Notes under the pieces: generated by a model
Database searches by the model: none
What the model was told of the DNA's origin: nothing
The model's input: only the letters and a program-made list of their open reading frames with translations
Position numbers and translations under genes: made by a program
Shown here: positions 53,225 to 64,000 of the stretch, piece after piece
Layout: the number at the start of each line of letters is the position of its first letter
Numbering within the stretch: position 1 is the stretch's first letter
Source of the DNA: Trichoplax adhaerens
Lineage: Eukaryota; Animalia; Placozoa
Reading direction: 5' to 3'
Length of the DNA stretch: 64,000 bases
NCBI RefSeq assembly: GCF_000150275.1
Contig: NW_002060950.1
Location: forward strand, 2,344,106 to 2,408,105

Positions 53225-54869
53225 GCCTGTAATGACCGAATAATAATCTTTTACTATTACCATAAGTTCGCGACCTCTAACTCTTAAATCTGAGTTATTT
53301 AACTTGAGTAAGTACTTATGATATGCAATAAACCGTCACAACCGAGAGAGCAGTTTTAAAAGTACGTTTATTATTCCATCTGTCCGTGAGAGTGAATTCA
53401 ATTTTCACCTCTCATATAATCAGTCGAAAACGGCTAAGATAAACCGGATAAATGGACTTCGATTATTTTTACAAGCAATCATTTCCATACCAAATCATAT
53501 AGTATAAGCTTACATCCTATAGTTAACGTATTAATCTAATACTGTTAAAAACCAGAAATTGACCCTGGTTAAGATGAACCGGATAACTTTTAACGCGTGA
53601 CCAATAGTTTATCAATATCTATGTTAGGACGATACGTTACACACATATATATATGTTACATATATATAGCTATCATCAAAATAGCATAAATTAACATCAT
53701 TGAAATCATTACAATGCCATTCATGGCTGTGTAAAGACTTAGCATGATGGAATACTGAAAATGGTGTAGACATACATATCAGGTAAGGAACTGCACAAAC
53801 ATTTAACTATGAATGAATGGTGGGACCTACAGTGAATGTCATGAGTTAAAAATTGATCGGTTTTACTATGGAAAATTGAAGTACTATGAAGAAGCATTTT
53901 CACACTTTTTCACTTTGCTCAGAGGAGCCACAAAAATTTGGCATTCAAATGTCTAAGATCTTCTAAATTCTAAATGTCATCTTACTCGAATTAGTATTTG
54001 ACTACTTTAAGCTAGAAGATTTAAGATTAGGGTATTTTTGCAAATTGCAAATCAATGAATAGTACCAAACTTTCGGATGAATATCAATAAAATATAAAAT
54101 AAATTAAGCCTGTAGGTATGTGATACATAAGGTATAGCGATGCAATATGTACGTAATTGGCTAAGGTAACGGTTTATTATCACGTGCTAATCGATTTTTT
54201 GTCAACTGATTGTTATGATACATAAATTTTTGCCATAACAATCGCTTAATATTGAAAGTATATCCTTGCAAATATTTAATTTTTTTTAGCTGAAGGTTTT
54301 GAACGTTCTAATTAATATCGGAAATAGAGTAAGAAAGTCCTCGTGTCAAGTATTGAATATCATCAAATGTTGGATATAAAGCAAAAAAATGGATTACATA
54401 GGTATATTATTGTTACGGTTTAAGATATTATGTGACAATGTTATTGAAGAAGAAATAGACGGTTACGATTAGATAATCATAAATATTATGAGCTGTTAAT
54501 ATTGTGAGATTCAATCGTTAATGGACTTCCATTAACGAATGTGTAGAAGTAAGGTACTTAATATGCCAATGACGTGTAATAACCAAAATGGCGGTTGTCA
54601 CACTTGTAGGGAATCTGTTAGATCTTAAATTGTTAATTGGCGCTATAATATTATTAGCGCATAATAATATCAATTATCACATATTTGTTCGATAGTAATT
54701 AATAGGATTACAAAGTTATAGAAAAGACTAAGTTATGCATAAGAATAATTAACAGGTGGAAAAGGTGTAGATCTGATACAAGTATATAAGAGGTTGTAAT
54801 TTACCTCGCTAGAGAGAGGAAAAATACGGAGACCTAATAAAGTTAGTTTAGTAAATTTATCTAGACGCT

Positions 54870-56200
54870 TCTAGTCCGCCTTTACTGTTGACTGAGGTCC
54901 TTCGCTGAAGTGGAGCGAGTAGTGACGCCTGGTGGCAGGTTTACGGTAGGACAGAGGAGAGTAGGATAAGTAAGAAACGGGAATCCGATTGTTGCAAACG
55001 ACGTTGTGACATATTTGGTGGCAGCGGTGGGATCCCGGTTACTAACGACTAGTGCCAAGATCCGAAATTTAGTTTGGTGACAGTTAAAGATAAGATAAAC
55101 GATTACGATGGCTTCTGGACCAGCTCCTTTCAAGACAAGCACTTTGGCTGACGTGGATGAAGCTGACGCCATAGATCGTTTAGAAAGATTAGATCATATG
55201 TCAGAAGTTGAAATTCGAGAAATGGCGAAAAGTATGGGAATTAAACTTTAAGCGATACTAATGTCAGAAAAGCAGTCGTAGTAGTCATATAAATTTTTTT
55301 GATAAGCGATTACGGTGATCTTCATAAAAAGCGAATTTTTCCGGATTTGTGTCCGATATAGTTTTCGGATTCTGGGACCGGTCGGGTTTGTGTCCGATAT
55401 AATTTTCCTGTTTTGGAACCGGTCGGGTTTATTTTTAATTTATGTCTGAATTATAATTTTTCTGTTTTAATTTTTGGATTTTTGTTCATGAAAAATATCG
55501 TAAGAGTTGATTTTTGAGATTTGGACTTTTGTTATGAATTTGAAACTTTGGAATTTTATGACGTGACTTGAAGTCACATTAGGAGATTTAGTGAGGAAAA
55601 TAGAAAATAAGATGGAAATTGGCAGAGGTTGTGTTGATTGTTGGGTAGTTAGAATGTTGTTTTTATGACTAAATCTTGATGTTTAAGGGTTGATTTTTAG
55701 ACTTTTATAGCGTATTAATGATAGAAATTATGTTAGAAATGAAGTTTGATGTATTTTTATAGTTAGCTTGTTACTTTTATAGTGTTTTGTAAGGGAATCG
55801 TAGGGTAAATTGTGTCTGAACTTTGAATGATTTTGTTTTCTTAAATGGTGCAAAGTAGTTTTGTAAAACGGATCTTAAGAGCGATTGGTTAGCAAATGTT
55901 TAGTTTTAAATACCTCTGACGGCTCTACGAAGCCTATAAATGATAGTGCAATTAGAAAATTTAGAGAGAGAGTAGAAGAAGATTTTATTTGAAGAACTTG
56001 TTGAATTTAAAAGGCCTTCGGGGTCGAATTGTCGTAAGTCAAAACGTTCTTCTTTTTGAAAGGTTGTTTGGTCGTTGACAGTTTTTAAGTCTGTCATTTA
56101 TTTTAATAATACTTAAAGCTAAGTATTTGTAAGGTTGTTCGGTTTATACTTCTCTCCATTTTTATTTTGAAATAAATTGTTGTTCGGTTATTTCCCCAAA
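54870..56200. pseudogene. Decayed coding-like insertion (possible LINE or viral relic)
   Basis: Strong strand skew (G/T-rich + strand), a locally GC-richer block at 54870-55250, and interrupted frames on both strands. Minus-strand DLWRQLHP lies at 55154-55177. Confidence 0.35.
55343..55430. repeat. 41 bp tandem repeat, ~2 copies
   Basis: GGATTTGTGTCCGATATAGTTTTCGGATTCTGGGACCGGTC followed by GGGTTTGTGTCCGATATAATTTTCCTGTTTTGGAACCGGTCGGGTTT. Confidence 0.85.
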
Positions 56201-57675
56201 TTTTATTTGGTGTCAAAGTATTAGCGTTAAGTCGACCTGAGTGCAACGAAAGTAGAATCAAAGTTTGTTAAAGTTTCGTAGTTTGATCTCTACACTTTTC
56301 ATTTCATTACATAAGTGTGTATGTATATCATATGCGCTAAGACTTTAAGATATAGTTAATTTTTCATTTGTTAAAGTTACTAGAAATGCTATGCTGTTCA
56401 GTAGACACCAATAGTTAAACATTTGCATGCGAGAATTCTTAATTTCAAAGAAATTATTAATTTTCGGAGTTTACTAGCTTTGCAATAATTTAATTGAATT
56501 TATATTATCAAAGTAGTGCCCATTATTTATAGCGTGAAATATTTAGTCAGAAAAATATCTAATTTTTGTTTAGAATGTAAATATGTAGCGTATATTATGG
56601 AAATTATGCATTTATGCATGTAGAAACAGAATCTATCCGACGATTAATGGTAACTGAATCCATTCAAATTCATGTCCGGTATAACAAAGTAGAAGAAGCA
56701 AATTTTAATTCACAACGCAACTTTACAGCAAAATGGTAGCTTCTATACCCCATTTGCAATACTCCAATTCATATAAACGTATATCGGGATGCATATGATT
56801 GATAGAGCATATTATTATCACTTCATAGCTAAATGATAAGATACGAATATATCCAATCTAGATATCATTAATTTCAAAGATTGTAATTGACCCTACTCGG
56901 TAATTGTTATTATATGAATGTTTAAAAGCCTGTTAATATAATTTGTAAAATCAGTTTAGATTACGGAATTGATTGAAGAAACATGAATGAATAAGATTGC
57001 TTGTGGTCTATCTTTCCATAAATGTGATGAAAGTAAAATTATTTAAAGTAAAAATATTTAAAGTTGCATGCTCATTGAATCTATTTCACTTATTGCCTTG
57101 ATTATACTTTGAATTAATAAAGGGCCTCAGAATGTTTCGTATTAATTAATTATTATTCCCAAAATTTAAATAAATCAATCAAATGGGATATCTATAAATG
57201 ATTGCCTTTTAGTGATTTTTATTTCGTTGAGAGTAACTGTGTTTGAGTTATATAATTTTTTCACGCGAAGTTTTTAAAGCCAGCTGAGTAAGTGAGAAAT
57301 CTATGAATTCTTTTTATGTAAACTGATAGTTAGCCATCTAATGTTAATCTATCTTAGTTGTATGCACTGGCATTAAATAAGAGCTATATTTTTAAAGCCT
57401 TCTAGCAATTCCAAGTTGACGTTACTAAAATTGACTAAAGAAGTCTCTATAACTTAAGAAAAACAGTCCTATCAGCAGTCCTATTCAGATAACTAGTCCA
57501 TATAACATCAGTAAGGAAAGCATCAACAAGTTAATATTTTCTCTGTAAACTTCCTTATATTGACCAAAATCTTTATTTTTAAAGTTGACAATTTAGTATA
57601 AATATCCTAGTGGATTCCAATTATCGCCTTTCTTTTACATTTACGGTAGATGCTAAATAAAAAGTAAAAGAAAGC

Positions 57676-58854
57676 CTAACCATAAGTTTTTGCTGCACTA
57701 TTGTCAGCATCAGAATAGTAAGCTTCATCGCTTCGTTTTAACTCCATCGGGCGAGCTGTTATTTGATTTTGCATGACATAAGACCTCTTGGATTTCCTGT
57801 AATGTCCTGATTCACTTGCAGTTCGGCGATTGAATGAAAATGATTCTTCAGGAATCTGTGTTTTTTGACCAGAATGGCTGCATGTACGTGGCTTGATGGA
57901 TGATGGTTCGCCTTCACTTGGCGTTATCATATTGGATTTTTTGCATGGGCAGATAATGCGACGATACTGTTGCCGAAATTGTGGTATTTGAAATCCATAA
58001 ATAACTGGATTAATACTGCTGTTGATAAATACAAGGACAGTTGTAATAAAGTAGAAACCCGTCGGGATATAAACGTTTTCTTGGCCAAATGGAATAACAA
58101 TAAATACAATTACACTCCATGGTGCATAACATAATACGAAGGCTAATATGACGATTCCCATGGTTCTAGTGACTAGCGCACTTTGTCTCTTGGATCTTGA
58201 TGATTTTAATGCTGGACGTTTCTTTTTTAAATAAATATATATACGAATGTAGCAAAATATGATGATACTAAACGGTAGTAAGAAATCAATAACAACTTCC
58301 AGGATACCGTTGATTAATCCACTAATTCCGACACTCCATGTTGGAATGCATGCCATTTCTACGGGATTAAATTCATTGGCACTCCAGCCCAGTATAGGCC
58401 ATAACGCGACAAAAGTACTCCATAACCAAACAAAAATAGAGACGTAAATTGCATGGTGCCGTTTAGGCCGAGTTGTAGTTGAACGGCATATAATGCGATA
58501 ACGGAAGTAACTGATAAACATCAATGTATAAATAGAGCCAATGAAGCAGATGCCGCTAATAGTAGAATGGATATTACACCATACGACACCATAATAATAA
58601 CGATCAGCAACAATATTAATCAAATATAAGGGCAAGCGTCCTAAAGCTGTTAAGAAATCTAGTAAGGCTAAATTGAGTAATAAAATATTTGTTGCTGTTC
58701 GCATGCGACGTTCATTTAATATCGCAATACTAGCAAGCAAATTACCTAAAACTGCTGTGATAATAATAAATACTATAATTCCTATCTTAGTCGCGATCCA
58801 CTCGCTAGGTGTTCCACATGTCGAATTTATGCAGGGTGTGCTATTGGTAGACAT
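57676..58854 (-). CDS. Rhodopsin-class (class A) GPCR, opsin/melatonin-receptor-like, intronless CDS
   Basis: 392 aa with 7 hydrophobic segments. Motifs: TM1 GN, TM2 NLALLD, TM3 Cys and FRY (DRY variant), TM4 W and WPILGWS, ECL2 Cys, TM5 FLLPF...FCY, TM6 FVLCYAP, TM7 NSSINPVIY, helix 8 QFRQQY. N-terminal NST glycosylation sequons. Confidence 0.95.
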   Translation of the reverse strand: MSTNSTPCINSTCGTPSEWIATKIGIIVFIIITAVLGNLLASIAILNERRMRTATNILLLNLALLDFLTALGRLPLYLINIVADRYYYGVVWCNIHSTISGICFIGSIYTLMFISYFRYRIICRSTTTRPKRHHAIYVSIFVWLWSTFVALWPILGWSANEFNPVEMACIPTWSVGISGLINGILEVVIDFLLPFSIIIFCYIRIYIYLKKKRPALKSSRSKRQSALVTRTMGIVILAFVLCYAPWSVIVFIVIPFGQENVYIPTGFYFITTVLVFINSSINPVIYGFQIPQFRQQYRRIICPCKKSNMITPSEGEPSSIKPRTCSHSGQKTQIPEESFSFNRRTASESGHYRKSKRSYVMQNQITARPMELKRSDEAYYSDADNSAAKTYG

Positions 58855-58910
58855 GATTTCCTTGTTAGCGATTGAATAATCCTATCACCGTTTAACGAGG
58901 GTATATCTTG

Positions 58911-59108
58911 AATCTTAAATTTCTGCAAAGTTTAAATAAAAACTGAAAAATTCGAATAAGTGGAAGTTACAATTTAGATCAAGAGTGATAGTTAGTTTAG
59001 AAACGTTTAAGAAATCCAGCAAGACTAAATCTTAAATTTCTTTTGAGTTTAAATACAAATTGGAAAGATTTAAATGAGTGAAAGTTATAATTTAGATCAA
59101 GATTGATA
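58911..59108. repeat. ~80 bp direct duplication (period ~117 bp) just upstream of the GPCR start
   Basis: AATCTTAAATTTCT...AGTTTAAATA.AAA.TG.AAA...AGTG.AAGTTA.AATTTAGATCAAGA.TGATA at 58911-58990 and 59028-59108. Confidence 0.85.
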
Positions 59109-62100
59109 TTTTAACTCTGAGCAAAATAACATGAATACGACCCAGTCAATGTTAATCTGATGTCATCGCCTCCTATTAAGATTTTATAATGATTAATAGA
59201 CTTTTAGATTTGCAAAGAGGGAGCCAATCGTGATTTTGATGCAACAAGGCCTACTTCCAAGGAATAATAGTGTTCTTTTTGATAAAGAAGTAAACTGAAA
59301 ACTTGAATTGAAAATTTTTACTAATCTTTTGCGCGACGAGTCTCTGGATCTTTAATAATTTACTTTAGAAGAAAACTTAAGACAATTGATATCATGAATT
59401 CCTGATTATATAAAAATTAGGAAGGAATATAGTGACTACTAATCCAGCACAGTAAACAGTATATTATTTTGATATAGGTTTTATTTCCAGGAATTAACAA
59501 GTCCAAAATAGAAAGGTTCATTAGTAAATTATCTGCCGGAAACAGCTACCAATGTTGCACATAAATGACTTGGCTACAATCCAAATTTCGATGCGCTTAC
59601 TTCTTAAGGGTGCTTGATAAACGTCTGTTCTCTAATCTTCCTTCGTTCTGCAATGAATTGCAAAATATTTTTAATGATAGTCAAATCATACAAAAAATTT
59701 TGGCATCAAATACAAGTATTATAGTCTAGTATCCGTTTTATAGTAAATTAATAAGGTAATTGTAGGCAAAGTATTAACATATTACAGAGGTATAAATGCG
59801 AACAAATTAATAACGATTAAAAGGGTGCTAGAAATTGGGTCAAACTCATAATTTATTCTAATTTCTTTGCGAGAGTAATATTTTTCATATTTCTAGCCTC
59901 TACTACATGCTAAGCGGTTCAATTAGAAGTTTTGCATCTGAAGAACAGCATTTATGAATTTCTTTTACGCATTGTTAATATTGTTTACTCTGACAGACAT
60001 CTAAAATGGATCAAGCAGATGTAACTTTATTTTTATTTACTGAAGGTTTGAGCGTTGCAGTAAACTACGGTGTCTTAAATCGGTCCTGCATAAAAAATAA
60101 GGACGTGACTCAACATGAGGAAGAGATATTACATGTTCTTATGCAAATTCTAGCTTGCCACGAAGGATAACGGCAGATTACATATGACTTCTTATTGTAA
60201 CAAATGGTATAAACCCGGAAGCGATTTAAAATTGAACATCTTGTAGCATAAAGGTGTATAGAATCATGAACGCAAAATTATGGCCTTGGACTAATAAAGG
60301 GGCATAAAATGGCAAGACATCTACGTCTTTTAAAGTAAATATGACGATAACTTGCCTTCGATATTTGCCGATCTGGTAATATGAGTTGCCTCTAAGACTT
60401 AGATCGGATTGAAATTATACATCGATTTTCTCAATTTCGCCCTGTTAATAACTAAAATACATACCACTATAAGCTAGCGCTATCTCTGCTATAAAATGAA
60501 AACTAATAAATACCGTAATTTTAATAAACAATCGTGATAGACGTCAATTGCCTAATAGTTACGAAAATTCCGCTTAAAACGAATGTAATTTACTACATAA
60601 ATGTTTTGCAAGGATAGTATTTAACAAATTAGCTTCTATAAAACTGATACTATAAGGTTATAAAGATTTCATGAGAATGATGTTAATTAGTCGAGTTTAT
60701 ACTGTTAGAGTTGTTATTAAAAGAATTATATTAAGATTGGATGTACCAATATTTTTCTTATGAGATAAAATTAGTAAATTGAATTGAAATTTTCCGAAAT
60801 TTTATAGTTTTAACCAATCATAATTGGGGTCGATATGTAGAGCAAAGGGTTTTGAGAACGAGCAAAAACAAACATGAGTTATTGTTGACTTTGGAAATGT
60901 CTGCAACAACCAATTCAGGATGACTTAATGATTTTCTTAATTGTTTGAGCGATATTTTATATTTTCAAATAAGTTACATTCTGCCAAAGTTTGAATTGAA
61001 CCGATCAGAGTTTTTCGGCTCGAGAATACGATAATAAATCAGTTCTGAATCAAATAGTTTGCTTAACGCTGATAGATCTCATATTTAAAAACTACTTAAT
61101 CTATTGCATTTGTTCAAAGGAATGATATACATGAAACAAAGTCCAAAATTTCTATAAATTATAGATGAAAATGTCTTAAAATAAAGTTATGCAAATTTAG
61201 AAAAAAATTATCAGATTTCGATATTAAAATTTAATTGATATATATCAATAAGTAATGATATTCGTTAAAATTCTTCATAGAAATTTCACCTGAAAGTGAT
61301 TTTTCTCGCTGACTTAACTCAGTCTTGTTAATCTTATCACCAAAGGAAACTGATTGCTAGAAAAATGTTACAGAATTCAATTTCGATACAGAAGATGAGG
61401 GATAAAGTTATTGATAATTTGTAGTACAATCAAATCAATTTTGTCTTTCATCTTTAAACTAAATCGCCTTAAAACGCTAATAAAGGTTATTAATTGTGTG
61501 TAAGAATTTATTTCTAATCTAGATTAACATTAATACTAGTATTGAATAACATTTCATTTGTAAAATCCGCCTATAGCTAACATGTGCTATTATTCCAGGC
61601 GCCAAGATTACTGCTATTGTAACTGTTACGCTCCGTAAAATAATTTTACTTGATCTAAGACATATTCTAAGCTATCTATAATTTCTATCCTGTTGCAATT
61701 ATACCTTGTTGTTATCAAAGTGGGAAATATTATCCGTTTCAAATACTGAACTTTATTCGAATTCTATGCAGATGATACAACAGTAGACATATAAGCTATT
61801 AATACGGTAAATAAGCATTACCTGGCTTTTTCGGCTCCGCTAATGGCATAGAATAAAAGTAAGCAATTTAAGCTACGTATATCCAGCATAGGCAAATAGT
61901 GAGATTTTGTCCAACTTAAATGTGGAATGGATAAATTTTGTCAATAGCTCTGGAATTTTAAACGATGGTAGATGGTGCTTATATTTAGCTATAACCTGAA
62001 TAACATATTAAATCCATTTAGATTATTTATTAATGCATACAACCTTTACCAATTTATAGTTAATCAAAGACCTACTGCTTTCTGATCATTTATCTACCAG

Positions 62101-64000
62101 GGCAAGAAATCACTGGATAACGAAGGCATTTACAACTTTGAACTTTTTACAATTGCTTGCCTAGGAACAACACAGAGGCTTCAAATTACAACCAATTTTT
62201 GAGAACTTCTTAAACATAGAAACGATATCATAAATTAGAAAATATACTGCATTTCAATGGATCTTGCCAAATTATGATAGCAAGAATAGTGAAGAACGAA
62301 CAATTGCTGCCAGTTTAATCTCTAGTTATGTCATTATTTAATAGAAGCTAAACAGAGAGCAGATAGATTGTAACAAAATACCGAAGCATCATCTGCATAC
62401 AATGTAAATCAAAGTTCTTTTAAGTAGAGTTAGTTTTGATTCATGAAGATTTGTGTTAACCAATTACAACTACTACAGTTGAACTATACCAATATAATTG
62501 ATGCAATAAATTAGCCATCGGGTGACAAGATAGAAATCAGATTGAATATGGATCGCTTTCAAATTAAAATTTCTCCATCAGAAGTACGACTAAAAAGCTA
62601 TATATTCCCTCTTTTTTGAGATATTTGAAGAAAGTTTTGTTTGTTTCACATGATTAATACCTTGCAAAACAACTGTATCTTATCAAGATAGAGAAATGAT
62701 TCTCTCTGTATTATCAGTAAAGTATGGAAGTTATTGACGTATAAACATGAATAATATTGTGATATATTGTATTATCTCTATCTTGTAACAAATTGATCAT
62801 CAAATTATTATTTTACGCTTGGTTGGATTTTCTGTTCTATAGGAAAATAATCTTGTTAGGAATTAATCAATGATGTTGCGATCACGGCAATCAACTATGA
62901 AATGAACTCAAAACAACTGAAGGTCGATAAAGGAAACCAAGGATTTGAAGTAGTAACATTAAAAATTAATGTTCGTTTATTATGGAGATATGTAATACAG
63001 CAAACTGCCTTAATAAAGCCTTAGAATTTACATTCTAGAAACTAGCTCAAATAATTACAATCCGTGGTTGACTAGCAAAATAATAGAATAAAGTTTATTC
63101 GCACTTGAGTAAGTACGATATTTTTTAGTCTATCATAAGGTCGATTTTAAATGATGAATTTGATCCATTCTATTCCGTTCATCTGTGGGCATGCTATGAT
63201 GAAACGAATAAAATCAATAGAACAAAAAGAGTAGCAGTAAATGCTGTCTTAAGAAAATTTCAATGACGGTCTAATGAGAAATTGTACTTGAAAGAGATCC
63301 ATCTTTACAATATTAATCCATTAATGACGGTATAGAATGGATTTGATTAATACAAAAAAATTTTTAATCGCCACGCTTTGATATCATACCTTGAATATAG
63401 ATAGGGAAAAGCGATCAAAAGTTGTCTTCAAGAATGGATTTTAGTAATCGTTCTATGTTACAATTTAGAATACAAGTGGGAAGAAATTGGTGTCAATTTA
63501 AACTTATACCAATCTAGCCTACAACAGAATAGAGCCAATCTAGGAAAGACAATCGTTTCAATGATGAATTGGGTGGAATTGATGTTTTAAACAAGTCAAT
63601 AAAATTGAAAACCCAATAAGATCTTTCCAATACAACTCTTTCTGATCAAATAACTGAAACATTATCATTTCCTTCCCATTTTATAGATGACGGTACCAAA
63701 TGTAGTTTGCAATTGACCTAATTATCCACTTAACAAATAAGAACAATATAACACCAGACTATTCAAATTTATGCAGCATCTCTCTATTGCCGTCAATGAG
63801 AATGACAATACTTGTTTTGTCGCAATTACTGATGACTGATTAAGTCAACATCGTCCAAGCAATTACTGCTTAGCTGATCAATCAAAATAAAAGGTTAGTG
63901 ATTGATTTGATACTTCATCAATTGACAGTCTCAAAGAGTAGATCACACAGTATTGTTGGTTCTCATGGTGATCATCGTCATAATTACACAATCTATCATG

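Noticed and set aside
57927-58879. Small ORFs overlapping the GPCR
   Set aside because: Antisense or off-frame shadows of the GPCR CDS.

Overview
AT-rich eukaryotic genomic DNA with short GT-AG introns. The style suggests an early-branching animal, and Placozoa (Trichoplax-like) is my unverified inference. I assembled six protein-coding genes by hand from splice sites and reading phase. (1) The 3' part of a TMCO4/DUF726 alpha/beta-hydrolase-like gene (10-2851, +). (2) A two-exon ALG10 glucosyltransferase (5257-7558, +). (3, 4) Two tandem, diverged abLIM/UNC-115-like LIM genes (10289-16262 and 20358-25960, +) that share exon sizes and phases. In both, LIM2 is reduced to a single zinc finger and no villin headpiece is visible. 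The second copy has also lost LIM1. (5) A three-exon orphan disordered protein with a PP1-docking RVxF motif (33659-36939, +). (6) A rhodopsin-class GPCR with an intronless CDS, opsin/melatonin-receptor-like, lacking the retinal lysine (57676-58854, -). Non-coding features include a 3 x ~187 bp tandem repeat with an inverted partial copy on the far side of ALG10, stacked Tc1/mariner-type excision footprints (TACTGTA/TACAGTA), a MITE-like element, a nested palindrome, a ~166 bp inverted repeat pair 10 kb apart, and decayed coding-like relics at about 52 kb and 55 kb. All calls are from reading the sequence only.
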